Origin: a virus
Lineage: Duplodnaviria > Caudoviricetes
IMG/VR virus record: IMGVR_UViG_3300011624_000001
Coordinates: 24,436-88,435 of that record
Direction: 5' to 3' (one strand)
Length of the DNA: 64,000 nt
A program made the position numbers and the translations under genes. Within the stretch, counting starts at the first letter, position 1, and each line of letters begins with the position of its first letter. Positions 10,014 to 19,427 of the stretch are shown here, piece after piece. The notes below the pieces were generated by a model, which saw only the letters and a list, made by a program, of their open reading frames with translations, made no database searches and was not told the DNA's origin.

Positions 10014-10337
10014 GTGTCGCCGCACTCCCCTGCATCGACCTCTGCATTCGTCAAGGCCGTCCGCGCGTTCTCCCTGAGCACGCCGGACTGGGCCGAGGCG
10101 ATCCGCTATTTCACCAAGCCGGACGAGCGAACCGACATCACCCTGATTGCCGAGCGGGTCTACGGCAACCGGGGCGAGTTCATGACCGTGTTCGCTGCGG
10201 CCGGGCTCGATACCCTCGAACAAGTGCTGGACGAGCGGCAACTGGTGCTGCCGACCAGCGCCCAGTTGCAGCTCATCAAACGACAGACAGGATACCTGAC
10301 CGATGCAGAGAAACGCGCGTATAGCGCCCTCCGTTAG
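10014..10337 (+). CDS. Baseplate protein, P1 gp26-like
   Basis: TKPDE..DITLIAERVYG LysM/tail-X-like motif; good RBS (AGAGG). Confidence 0.6.
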   Translation: MSPHSPASTSAFVKAVRAFSLSTPDWAEAIRYFTKPDERTDITLIAERVYGNRGEFMTVFAAAGLDTLEQVLDERQLVLPTSAQLQLIKRQTGYLTDAEKRAYSALR

Positions 10338-11331
10338 CGCGGCTACCGCCCGGCTCACTTCGGCCCGGCGAGAGGCTCAGGAGGCCGCTGAATTCGATCT
10401 GGCGCGGCGGCAGGCGGCGCAGACCATCCTGCGCCCGAACGAGGTATCCGGCGAGTATGATGCTGGCCGCCTGCTCACGACGACGCTGCGCGGCGAGGTG
10501 CGGGCGCTCACCCAGGACGACATCAGGGCGTTCCAGTCGAACGTCCAGCAGCTCAAGAAGAAATTCAAGGGCGGGATCACGGCCCAGTCCGTCATCGACC
10601 TTGCCCTGGAGTCGGACAAGACGCGCGCGAACAAGCAGATCAACATGGCCGTGCCCGCCTCGATCATGGGCGGCAAGGTGCATTTCATCACCAACGCCGG
10701 GCCGGATTCGGACGTGGCGCGCCACCACGTCCACGTCGAGTTTCTGGACTTCGATGCGGCCGTGGGCGCGTCGCCGAACGAGCCGAAGAAGCTGGGCAAG
10801 CTGGTGGCGGGCGGCCGCCTGCGCTTCGACTGCGATTGCGGCCGCCACACGTTCTGGTATCGCTACATCGCCACCATCGGCAAGTACAACACCGGGCGGG
10901 CCGAGACGGGCTACCCGAAGATCAGGAACCCGAAGCTGATGGGCGTGGCGTGCAAGCACGTCCTGCGCACCATGCACGTCATCCTCAAGGACAGCGCCGT
11001 GCAGCTCAAGCTGGCCCAGTCGGTGCTCAAGGCGCGCGACGTGCTCGACGGCCGCAAGGTCAAGGCCGAGCGCGTCAAGGTGGCCGAGCTGCGCGCCATG
11101 GCGGACGCCCAGGCGGGTAAGCGCAAGAGCAGCACCAACCTGCGCACGTCGGCCGAGAAGAAGCAAAAGGCGGCCGTCGAGAAGGCCCGGCGCGATATGA
11201 AGAAGGCGGCCGTCGAACGGGCCAACCCGACCGCGAACCTGCGGCAGATCGAGCGGCATGCGCGCTCGCTGCTCGACCTGGGCGCGATCACCCAGGCGCA
11301 GTATGACCAAATTGTAAAGGCAGCAAAATGA
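10303..11331 (+). CDS. P1-like tail stability protein with SWIM-like Zn site (gp25-like)
   Basis: CDCGRH..YPKIRNP..ACKH motif; adjacent to the gp26-like gene. Confidence 0.55.
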   Translation: MQRNARIAPSVSAATARLTSARREAQEAAEFDLARRQAAQTILRPNEVSGEYDAGRLLTTTLRGEVRALTQDDIRAFQSNVQQLKKKFKGGITAQSVIDLALESDKTRANKQINMAVPASIMGGKVHFITNAGPDSDVARHHVHVEFLDFDAAVGASPNEPKKLGKLVAGGRLRFDCDCGRHTFWYRYIATIGKYNTGRAETGYPKIRNPKLMGVACKHVLRTMHVILKDSAVQLKLAQSVLKARDVLDGRKVKAERVKVAELRAMADAQAGKRKSSTNLRTSAEKKQKAAVEKARRDMKKAAVERANPTANLRQIERHARSLLDLGAITQAQYDQIVKAAK

Positions 11332-11834
11332 TTAACAGCGTACCAGTAGCGATCACCAAGGCGGCCAAGGCCGTCACGCGCAGGCACCCGAATTCCCTGG
11401 ATTGCGTGGTCTACCGCAAGGTGCTGACCGCGCCAGCCGGGGAGCAGATGGGCGGCCTGCCCACGCTGGGCGGCATGGGCGTGCTGAAAAGCGAGGACGA
11501 TCCCGACTTCGAGTACCGGAAGGTAGGGATGGGCCGGATTCACGTCACCGGCCGCTTCGACGGCGGCGATATGTCGGACCGGGGCGACAGCATCGTGCCG
11601 GACCAGCCGATGCAGGAGGCGAACATCGTCAGCGCCGACGACCTGCCCGGCTTCGAGGTGCAGAAGGGCGATCTGATCGGGATGATGCCGGGCGGCGGGG
11701 TGCTGATCGGGTTCGAGATTGTCGGGCAGACCGGCAGCGTGGCGATCTACCCCTATGTGACGAAGTGGATCATCGCGCCGCGCGACGAGCTGCACGACCT
11801 TGAACCATGGAAGGGTGATGCGGACAACCCTTAG
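11328..11834 (+). CDS. P1-like virion morphogenesis protein (head-tail joining candidate)
   Basis: ATGA overlap; RHPNS..GGLPTLGG.G motif recalled from P1-like elements. Confidence 0.45.
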   Translation: MINSVPVAITKAAKAVTRRHPNSLDCVVYRKVLTAPAGEQMGGLPTLGGMGVLKSEDDPDFEYRKVGMGRIHVTGRFDGGDMSDRGDSIVPDQPMQEANIVSADDLPGFEVQKGDLIGMMPGGGVLIGFEIVGQTGSVAIYPYVTKWIIAPRDELHDLEPWKGDADNP

Positions 11835-12046
11835 AAAAGGGAGAACCGCGGATTGCGGGTAAAGACGATCTGGCCGGGCTCGACAAGGCTGTTCGCCTGG
11901 ACCTGATCCCGATAGCGCGGCGGGACATCGACCGTTGCGCCAGGGGCGTGATACAGCACGTCGCCGTTCGCCAGATCATAGCCATGTTCGGCGAACAGGT
12001 TGCGCAGCGCGGCCGCCGTCATGCTTTCGCCGAACAGGTCGCACAT
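11831..12046 (-). CDS. Hypothetical protein (accessory island 1)
   Basis: 71-aa ORF at the end of a tight minus-strand operon; stop overlaps the convergent stop. Confidence 0.55.
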   Translation of the reverse strand: MCDLFGESMTAAALRNLFAEHGYDLANGDVLYHAPGATVDVPPRYRDQVQANSLVEPGQIVFTRNPRFSLF

Positions 12047-12048
12047 GG

Positions 12049-12582
12049 TTATGCCGCCTTGCGTTTGCTGCGCGGCAGGGCCGCATAGGCGATCAGCGCG
12101 TCCGTCAGCGCCTCCCGCACCGCGCCGCGCTCGGCGCTGCCGCCTGTAATCTTGTCGAGCGCTTCGGCCGCTTCCTTCGGGAGCCAGGAGGTCAGGCGGC
12201 GCTCGCCGCGCTCACGCTTCGAGGCGTCCGAATCGCCCCGCTTTTCCTTGTCGTATGCCTTGCGGCCCTCGGGGTCTTTCGGCACCTTTGGCGCGGCCGC
12301 AGCGCCCGGCGACGGCTTGCGGCGCGGCAGCGGCGCGTAGTCGGTGGCGTCGAGCGAGCTGGCGGCGAATGCTTGTTCAGGCGCGGACAGGGCAATCTCG
12401 CATTGCTTGCGGTTGCCGGTGATCGTCCAGTACGTCACCAGATGACGCACGCTGATGCCAATGCCGAAGTTCGCCAGGGCGGCCACGGCGGTGCGCTGCG
12501 ATGACGCGGCGACTATGACGGCGCGCTGCTTGCCGTCGATCATGCTCGAACCGCTGTAGACCTTCAATTCTGCTTTTCTCAT
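12049..12582 (-). CDS. Hypothetical protein with C-terminal ribbon-helix-helix-like DNA-binding segment
   Basis: RRLTSWLPKEAAEALDKI..VREALTDAL fits the strand-helix-helix RHH pattern. Confidence 0.55.
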   Translation of the reverse strand: MRKAELKVYSGSSMIDGKQRAVIVAASSQRTAVAALANFGIGISVRHLVTYWTITGNRKQCEIALSAPEQAFAASSLDATDYAPLPRRKPSPGAAAAPKVPKDPEGRKAYDKEKRGDSDASKRERGERRLTSWLPKEAAEALDKITGGSAERGAVREALTDALIAYAALPRSKRKAA

Positions 12583-12604
12583 GCTGCTGTTCCTGAATCT
12601 GTAA

Positions 12605-12979
12605 TTACGTTCTCATTGCATCAAGGATCGCCGGGCCGGGGATGGCCGTCAGCTTGTCCTCACTGTACTCTGCCGCTTCCCATACGACGTTCACAATCGC
12701 CCGCCCGTCCTTCGCGTGCCCGGCGATGTACCCGAGATAGCCCTCGGGCGTATAAACCTGCTGGAAGCGCTCAAACTGGGCCTCCAGGGGCGTTTCCTCG
12801 GTGGGCTGGTCTGCCGGTGCAAACTGTGTGCCGAATTTTGCCAGCAGCGCGGCACGCTGGCGCTCGCGGGTTTCCACCATGACGCGCCCGAGTAGCGCCA
12901 GCATTTCCTCGGGCGAGCTGTCCGGGCTGTAGGTTGCCTCGTCCAATATCGCTTTGATGCGGTCGAATTCGTTGCTCAC
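12605..12979 (-). CDS. Hypothetical protein (accessory island 1)
   Basis: GTG at 12979 overlaps the upstream TGA. Confidence 0.55.
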   Translation of the reverse strand: MSNEFDRIKAILDEATYSPDSSPEEMLALLGRVMVETRERQRAALLAKFGTQFAPADQPTEETPLEAQFERFQQVYTPEGYLGYIAGHAKDGRAIVNVVWEAAEYSEDKLTAIPGPAILDAMRT

Positions 12980-13239
12980 TTCGGCCCTTTCGCCCACTCG
13001 CTGAAATCATCGACAATGCGCCGCGCCTCCGCGAGCTGGGCCGCCTCCGCATCGTTCTCGGGCACCATGCAGCCCATCAGCATCCCCTGCCCGCTCGCCA
13101 GCTTGTCAAAGCCCTCCAGTAAGCGCTTGCGGTTTTCGATGAAATGCGGCTGCAACGTCGGGTGAACCGGAATCTTCCCGTCGGTCGCGCTACGGTACAG
13201 GTCAAGCAAGCTCTGCAAGCCTTGAACGTCAATTTTCAT
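12976..13239 (-). CDS. Hypothetical protein (accessory island 1)
   Basis: 87-aa ORF coupled within the operon. Confidence 0.55.
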   Translation of the reverse strand: MKIDVQGLQSLLDLYRSATDGKIPVHPTLQPHFIENRKRLLEGFDKLASGQGMLMGCMVPENDAEAAQLAEARRIVDDFSEWAKGPK

Positions 13240-13248
13240 GGGGCACTT

Positions 13249-13548
13249 TCAGGAGTAATCATCAGGCCACATGCCGCCCGCTACCGGGTCATCTTCGCCC
13301 GGCAAGTGGGACAGACTCACTTGCGGCTCGGCGAGCGCATGGCTCGGCTGTGCGGTCGGGTAGGTCGCCAGCGCGGCCACGTCGTCCTCGAAGCAGTCGA
13401 GGAATTGCTTCATGGGCTGGCCTTCAAGTACGCCGCTGGTATAGGTGCCCCAGCCATAGACGCAAATCGGCTTGCCGCAGGGCTCCATATCGCGCTTGTA
13501 CTGGTAGGTGTAGCGGTCGTAGTCGTCCGCTCGGGTATTGGTGCTCAT
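13249..13548 (-). CDS. Hypothetical protein (accessory island 1)
   Basis: ATG at 13548 has a GGAG RBS; acidic protein of about 99 aa. Confidence 0.55.
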   Translation of the reverse strand: MSTNTRADDYDRYTYQYKRDMEPCGKPICVYGWGTYTSGVLEGQPMKQFLDCFEDDVAALATYPTAQPSHALAEPQVSLSHLPGEDDPVAGGMWPDDYS

Positions 13549-13567
13549 GTGTTGCTCCATGGTGAGA

Positions 13568-14128
13568 TTAGAAGCCGTATTTCTCGGCACAGATAGGGCC
13601 GATTCCGCGCTCGATGGATTCCGGGTCGGTCAGCTCGCGGCCGCAGCACGCGCACTGGCCGGTTTGTTGGCCGTAGGCGACGGCGGCCGCCAGTGGGTCG
13701 GCGCACAGGGCGACGATTTCGGCCTGCTTGGCGGCGTCGCAGTCGCGGGACGGGGTGAAAGTGCCGTCAGCGATCTTGCCCATGTACTCATCGGCGGCGG
13801 TGACGTAGATCGCGCCTTTGTTGCGGCCGGTGGCCGGGGCCAGCTTGAGCACGAAGCCGGACAGGCGCATCTTCGGGCGCTTCAACCCGCTCTCGATGGC
13901 ACTGGCGAACGCCTCCTGCATCTTCGCGACGCTGGCGACCTCTACAGCGGTGCCGGTGGCGGCGGCGGCCGACTGGCGGGACAGGATGCCGGTGACGGCC
14001 GCAACCTGCTTTTCGGACAGGGTGCCGGTGCGCAGCAGTTGCTTATCGAGCGAAAAAGCGAAGTCGTTGGTGCTCGCGTGGGCGATGATCCACTTGATTT
14101 CCGGCGCGTTCGATTTGATTTGCAGCAT
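13568..14128 (-). CDS. DUF6011-like Zn-finger phage protein
   Basis: YGQQTGQCACCGRELTDPESIERGIGPIC motif. Confidence 0.75.
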   Translation of the reverse strand: MLQIKSNAPEIKWIIAHASTNDFAFSLDKQLLRTGTLSEKQVAAVTGILSRQSAAAATGTAVEVASVAKMQEAFASAIESGLKRPKMRLSGFVLKLAPATGRNKGAIYVTAADEYMGKIADGTFTPSRDCDAAKQAEIVALCADPLAAAVAYGQQTGQCACCGRELTDPESIERGIGPICAEKYGF

Positions 14129-14150
14129 AGCGGCCCCCGTAGTTAATGAG

Positions 14151-14182
14151 CAGATTGTATGCGCTCATAAATAGCGCGTCAA
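14151..14182 (-). promoter_or_regulatory. sigma70 promoter of island 1 with shared 20-bp core
   Basis: Minus strand TTGACG (14182-14177), 17 nt, TACAAT (14159-14154). Confidence 0.75.
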
Positions 14183-14197
14183 GCGATAATGCCGGGG

Positions 14198-14240
14198 CAG
14201 GAAAACCGGCACCGCCCTGCCCTGCTGCGCGCCTGACAAT
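14198..14240 (+). promoter_or_regulatory. Putative late promoter 4 (GGAAAA-N29-GACAAT)
   Basis: GGAAAA 14200-14205; hexamer 14235-14240. Confidence 0.75.
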
Positions 14241-14245
14241 GACGC

Positions 14246-16885
14246 ATGGACAAATTCGCCAACATCGACAGGGCCGCGCACGCGGGCGCAAACGGCCACA
14301 ACCACATGCGCCCGGCGACGCCGGGGCAGCACGCCGCAGGGAACTACCTCAAGGGGCGGGAAGTCCTGCACGGCATGCGCATCGCCATCGAGAACCCGCG
14401 CGGCACCGTGCGCGAGTGGCGCGCGGCCGACGGCACCAGCGGCAGCAACCTGATGAAGTTCCACTACGGCTACATCGCGGGCACGCTGGGCAACGACGGC
14501 GACGAGCTGGACGTGTTCATCGGCCCGATCCCCGAGGCTGGCCGCGCCTATGTGGTGAACCAGAGCCACGCCGACGGCAGCGGCTTCGATGAACACAAGA
14601 TCATGCTCGGCTTTCCCGACCAGCGCACCGCTGTGGCCGGGTACATGAGCAACTACAGCGCAGGCTGGCCGGGCTTCGGTAGCTGCATCGGCTGCTCAAT
14701 CGACCAGCTCAAGTGGTGGATCGCCAACGGCAACAAGACCCGCCCCCTCACGCAAGACCAACTCCCCTACGAAGGAACGGATGACACGATGGAAAAAGTA
14801 ATTTGGGACAGCGCCGCACCGCACATGCCGCTGCGCTCGACGCTGGACGCGGTGCTGTACGGCATCCGCATGCACGACGCCGCCGATGGCCTGCTGTATG
14901 ACGCGGTGAGCATGGCCGACGTGCTCGGCGACGCCGAGGGCGTGCTGACGCTGGACGCCCTGGTGATCCCGTTCGCACGGATCGAGCAGCGCATGGCGGT
15001 CATGCGCAAGGTCATGGACCGCACCGGCCGCGCCGTCAAGATCGCAGCCATGCAAGTGTCGGACCCATTCACCCAGCGCGGCACCACGAACGTGGCCGTG
15101 ATCTACGAGCTGAGAGACGGCCAAACCGTGTCCGTGTTCTTCCATAACCCAGACGTGACCCCGAAGAAGATCGTTCCCGGCGACGATCTGGTGTCGTGGA
15201 AGTGGATGCTCAACAAGAAGGACATCACGGTAGCCGTCGCCCCGGAAAAGGGCCGCGATCTGGAGCCGCGCATTGTCGCCGCGCGCATCATGGCGCTGGC
15301 CGAGAAGAACAGCGACCGCTTCACGAAGGCGAACGGCAAGCGCGCCGAGCGCATGCAGGCCATTGCAGGCCTGCAATCGGAGCTGGATGAGAAAAAAGCG
15401 ACTTTGGCCAAGCTGGAGCAGCAAGTCGAAGCTCTCCAGGCGGCGCGTGACGCCGAAGGCCTGGGCGACGCCGATCCGGTCAACCCGGAGCCGCAACCAG
15501 AGCCGCAGCCAGAGCCAGCACCCGCCCTGGACGTGGACAGCCTCAAGGGCGTAGTGGCCTACACCGACCCGATGGTGGGCGTGCCTCATGGCGACAACTG
15601 GGTGCTGATGAACGCCCCGCGCCCGCTGCTGGGCACCGAAACCATGAGCAACGGCGAATTCCTGGCGGGCCGCTACTACGCCGCCATTGACCCGTCGGAC
15701 GGCATGGCCGCCGCCTACATCGCCGAGAACGTCAAGCTCAATGCGAGCGTGGTATTCATCGCCGACGAAGCGACGCAGGAAATCATGGCGCTCAACACGG
15801 TCAAGCCGGACTACCTGCCCGCGTACATGGAGATGGACGAAGGCGAGCGCCGCAGCGCCCTGCGCGGCTTCATCGAGAAGCTGCACGGCCGCAAGATTGG
15901 CGACCTCAAGGCGCTGGCCGCCAAGGGGATGCCGGTGGCCGACTTCTGGAAGCGTGACGTGGAAGCATTCGGCTTCAACCGTTCGGGGTTCTTCGGTCGT
16001 GCGCTGGGCATCATGGGCGGCGATCTGCTGAACAAGCAACCGGCAGGCACTTGGACTATCGCCAAGCTGGAAAGCGGCCGGTTCGTTGCAATGTTCGGGA
16101 CTGGCGAAGGTTGGAGCTACGCCGCCGAGTCCGACACCATCGAGCAAGCGCACGCCGCCATGCTGGAAAATGCGCAGTACATCGCCGCGACCGCCCCAGC
16201 CCCGGAGCCCGAGCCTGCGGAGCTGACCGCCGAAGAAAAGCAGGCACTTTCGGAGAAGCGCGACACGATCATCGACCTCCTGGCCGACAACCCGGATCGC
16301 AGCGGCGCGGACCAGATGCGCGCTGAGCTGGAGCGCATCAACGGCATCCTGGGGCCGGTGCCTGAAAAGGCCAAGCGCGAAGCCGTCAAACGTCTGACGG
16401 CCGCCGAGGGCGACCCGGCCTACATGCAGGCAATCTATGACCTGCTGTACAAGTGGGAGTCGTCCGGGGCCGATCAGCGCCTCGACTCCAAGTTCGTCGG
16501 CCAGATGAAGCGTGACATTCGCGCGCTGGCGAAGAAGGTTCCGGCGTCGGACGAGAAGGCAGTCTTTTACATCGACAAGCTGGTGCTGGCCGTGTTCGGC
16601 GACTACGACCCGAAGGTGGCCGCCGTTGAGTTCGCACCGGCTGTCGTAATAGTGGACCCGGCCGCGAAGGAGGCCCAGGAGGCCGAGGAAGCCGCTGACG
16701 GCGATTTCCTGGCGCTGGCCGCTGGTGGTGACGTGGACTTCTACGATAAGGCCGTGACGGACCGCCTCGCAGCCCTGGCGCGCAAGTACACCGACCCGGA
16801 GGGCGCATACCTCGATCTGGTCATGCAGGCCAAGACCGCCGCGAAGAATTTCTTCGTCAACGAGTTCAAGAAAAAGGTGGCCTGA
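14246..16885 (+). CDS. darA: DarA-like defence-against-restriction virion protein with N-terminal inorganic-pyrophosphatase-like (InPase) domain
   Basis: IENPRG..YGYI..DGDELDVF (InPase); DGQTVSVFFHNPD..SWKWMLNKKDIT..AEKNS (DarA_N); C-terminal DarA_C-like helix bundle. Confidence 0.8.
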   Translation: MDKFANIDRAAHAGANGHNHMRPATPGQHAAGNYLKGREVLHGMRIAIENPRGTVREWRAADGTSGSNLMKFHYGYIAGTLGNDGDELDVFIGPIPEAGRAYVVNQSHADGSGFDEHKIMLGFPDQRTAVAGYMSNYSAGWPGFGSCIGCSIDQLKWWIANGNKTRPLTQDQLPYEGTDDTMEKVIWDSAAPHMPLRSTLDAVLYGIRMHDAADGLLYDAVSMADVLGDAEGVLTLDALVIPFARIEQRMAVMRKVMDRTGRAVKIAAMQVSDPFTQRGTTNVAVIYELRDGQTVSVFFHNPDVTPKKIVPGDDLVSWKWMLNKKDITVAVAPEKGRDLEPRIVAARIMALAEKNSDRFTKANGKRAERMQAIAGLQSELDEKKATLAKLEQQVEALQAARDAEGLGDADPVNPEPQPEPQPEPAPALDVDSLKGVVAYTDPMVGVPHGDNWVLMNAPRPLLGTETMSNGEFLAGRYYAAIDPSDGMAAAYIAENVKLNASVVFIADEATQEIMALNTVKPDYLPAYMEMDEGERRSALRGFIEKLHGRKIGDLKALAAKGMPVADFWKRDVEAFGFNRSGFFGRALGIMGGDLLNKQPAGTWTIAKLESGRFVAMFGTGEGWSYAAESDTIEQAHAAMLENAQYIAATAPAPEPEPAELTAEEKQALSEKRDTIIDLLADNPDRSGADQMRAELERINGILGPVPEKAKREAVKRLTAAEGDPAYMQAIYDLLYKWESSGADQRLDSKFVGQMKRDIRALAKKVPASDEKAVFYIDKLVLAVFGDYDPKVAAVEFAPAVVIVDPAAKEAQEAEEAADGDFLALAAGGDVDFYDKAVTDRLAALARKYTDPEGAYLDLVMQAKTAAKNFFVNEFKKKVA

Positions 16886-18786
16886 TGAAGCAAGGGCAAG
16901 ATGAGTTCTTCGCCGTCGTCGGCGAAGGCGCTGCCTTGTTGAAGAATCTGGACGAGCAATCGTCTGGGTTTTTTGACGACCTGAACCGCCTGCGCGAAAT
17001 CCTGGCGATTCTCGGCTACGAATCGGCTACAAAGCCGCTGGCGTTCTCCCTGTCGGATAAGAAGGGTTCGCTCGAAGCGCTCAGGAACTATTTCGATGCC
17101 GGGCTGGGTGCGCTGCCGGACGAGCTGGCAATCTATGAAATGATGACGATCAGCGACTTGGGCCAGCTCGTCGGCATCGACGGCACCATGCTGCCCGAGG
17201 CCATGTGGGATCGCCAGAACGCGATCAACCTGCGCCCGGCCGACGCCGACGCCAAGCTGGCCGTGTTTGGCAAGCTGGCGGCGCGCGGCATCAAGCACGG
17301 CATCGAGCAGGAGGTGCTGGAGCAGGCCGTCAAGGACGCCGCCGAGCTGCTGGCGAAGCGCATTGATGACGACCCTGCCGTGGTGGCGGCGCGCGAGGAA
17401 TACCGCATCGCCAATGAGAAATACAAGCAGTCCTGGCAGGCCATCGAAGCGCTCGGCACCATGATCCGCGACCACATGCGCGACGGGCTCGACGTGACCG
17501 AACTGAAAGCGAAGCATGACGCGCTGGCGAATGAATCCGGGGCCGAGCAGACGGCCGCGTATGAGCGTTTCAAGGCTGCGGGCGAAAAGTTCAATGCAGA
17601 TCGTGCCAACGCGCACCGGGCGCTGTTCGAGGCGAACGGCGCGGCCATTATCGCCAAGGTGGCCGACGCATCACCGATCACCCAGGAGCAGGCCGACGCC
17701 TGGGCGGCCGAGCAAGTCATCGACGCCAACGCGCGCGCCAAGCTCAAGAAGCTGGGCTACAAGCCTGAGGACGTGGTGCGCGATATGGCCGAGTTCTACC
17801 GCCTGACGGGCGGCAAGGCTTCGGCTATCCGCATCGGCATCGACGGCGGCAAGCGCGCCAACGCTGTCGGGATCGGCGAGCGCCTGGGCGAGAAGGTCAT
17901 CAACCTGGGATCGCGCTTCAACAAGACGGTGCTGTTCCATGAGCTTGCGCACCACCTGGAGAACGATCCGATTGCAAAGGCGGCCTCGAACGGCTTCCTG
18001 CTCAAGCGTCGGGAGGGCGATGGCGCGTACAGCCTGCGCGACCTGACCGGCAACAGGGGGTACGACGCGCGCGAAATCGCCTACAAGGATCATTTCATGG
18101 ACCCTTACGTGGGCAAGATTTACCGCGACGGGATCACGGAGGTGTGGTCGATGGGCGTCCAGTACCTCGCCAACCCGAAGGATGCGGCCATTTTCGCGGC
18201 GAAAGACCCGGAAATGTTCGCCCTGATTACGGGCTACCTGACGATGCAGACCACCCCGGCGATGCACGCCAAGCTCAACATGCACAAGAGCGCCATCGGG
18301 GAAATGCAGGAGCAGCAGAAGACCCTGGAAGTCCAGTACGAGCGCGCCATGGCCTACCTAGCGGCGCGCGCTCCTGTCGCGAAAGACGACTGGTACGACT
18401 CGCTCGACAGCTATGACCCGGTGAAAGTCATGCTCACCTCCTATGTGCTGTGGAAGGCGAAAGGCGAAACGCAGTATGTCGGCGCGAATGGCAACTACCG
18501 CGTGTTCTCGGGCGTGTTCCGCAACAGCGCCACGAAGCGCAACGCCAAGGGATACGTGATCGTGGACATTACGACGGGCGGCGACCAGGGCGATGGCCGC
18601 CGCGCATTTCCCGAACACGAAACGATCCATGGCGACATGGAGAAGGTTCAGGCCGTAATTGCCTTAGCCCAGCGCGACGGCACCGGCCTGTTCCAAGCGG
18701 TATGGAACTACTTCCGGGATACCTGGGGCGGCGACAGCCGCAAGAAAAACCTGATCGAAACGGTGGGATCGGAGAACCTGCAATGA
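16885..18786 (+). CDS. ddrB: DdrB-like virion protein with zincin metallopeptidase domain
   Basis: LFHELAHHLE HExxH; SLRDLTGN..Y..EIAYKD..DPYVGKIY..TEVWSMG; follows darA as in P1. Confidence 0.65.
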   Translation: MKQGQDEFFAVVGEGAALLKNLDEQSSGFFDDLNRLREILAILGYESATKPLAFSLSDKKGSLEALRNYFDAGLGALPDELAIYEMMTISDLGQLVGIDGTMLPEAMWDRQNAINLRPADADAKLAVFGKLAARGIKHGIEQEVLEQAVKDAAELLAKRIDDDPAVVAAREEYRIANEKYKQSWQAIEALGTMIRDHMRDGLDVTELKAKHDALANESGAEQTAAYERFKAAGEKFNADRANAHRALFEANGAAIIAKVADASPITQEQADAWAAEQVIDANARAKLKKLGYKPEDVVRDMAEFYRLTGGKASAIRIGIDGGKRANAVGIGERLGEKVINLGSRFNKTVLFHELAHHLENDPIAKAASNGFLLKRREGDGAYSLRDLTGNRGYDAREIAYKDHFMDPYVGKIYRDGITEVWSMGVQYLANPKDAAIFAAKDPEMFALITGYLTMQTTPAMHAKLNMHKSAIGEMQEQQKTLEVQYERAMAYLAARAPVAKDDWYDSLDSYDPVKVMLTSYVLWKAKGETQYVGANGNYRVFSGVFRNSATKRNAKGYVIVDITTGGDQGDGRRAFPEHETIHGDMEKVQAVIALAQRDGTGLFQAVWNYFRDTWGGDSRKKNLIETVGSENLQ

Positions 18787-19424
18787 CCACGATGTATCAA
18801 GCCATCACGCCCTACGGGGCGTTTCAGGCCACCTGGGGCGATGACGAGGAAAGTCGTGTCGAATACACCGGCAGCGCCGATGCAATCGCCTACTTCAAGG
18901 CGTTTCTCGACCTGAATTCCATTTCTGGCGCAGGCGGTGCGCTGCTCCAGTTCGACGCCCTGGAACCGGCCGACCTATACGGATTTTGCCAGTCCGAACA
19001 ACACGGCATTAGCGTCCTGCCGACCGAGGACGACTTGATGGACGAAGCGCGAGGCAAACAAATGGAAATGACCCTGATGGACGCGGTGAGCCCGGCCGTG
19101 GCATTCGAGCTGATCGGCGAAGGTGCGCAGATTCTCAACCGCCTGGACGAGAGCGCCGATACGTTCTTCCCTGACCTCGACCGCCTGCGCGTGATCGTGC
19201 AGGAGCTGGGCGACGATGCGGACGACCCGAGCGCCGAGGCGCGCGCCTACCTGCAAGCCGTGATCGACGGCCCAGGCCTGTCCGCGCCGATGCTGGCCGA
19301 CGAGCTGGGGAAAATCCACGACGCGCACGGCGGCAGCGCGGATATGCTCGCTCTGTTCAAATCGGCCGTCACCGCGTATGCGCATCACGCCATCGCGCAG
19401 GCGAACGAAGCACTCAAAGGATAA
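18783..19424 (+). CDS. Dar-cluster protein (position of P1 hxr) with C-terminal DarA_C-like domain
   Basis: ATG 18783 overlaps the upstream TGA; C-terminal AYLQAVIDG..LADEL..AVTAY. Confidence 0.6.
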   Translation: MTTMYQAITPYGAFQATWGDDEESRVEYTGSADAIAYFKAFLDLNSISGAGGALLQFDALEPADLYGFCQSEQHGISVLPTEDDLMDEARGKQMEMTLMDAVSPAVAFELIGEGAQILNRLDESADTFFPDLDRLRVIVQELGDDADDPSAEARAYLQAVIDGPGLSAPMLADELGKIHDAHGGSADMLALFKSAVTAYAHHAIAQANEALKG

Positions 19425-19427
19425 ACA

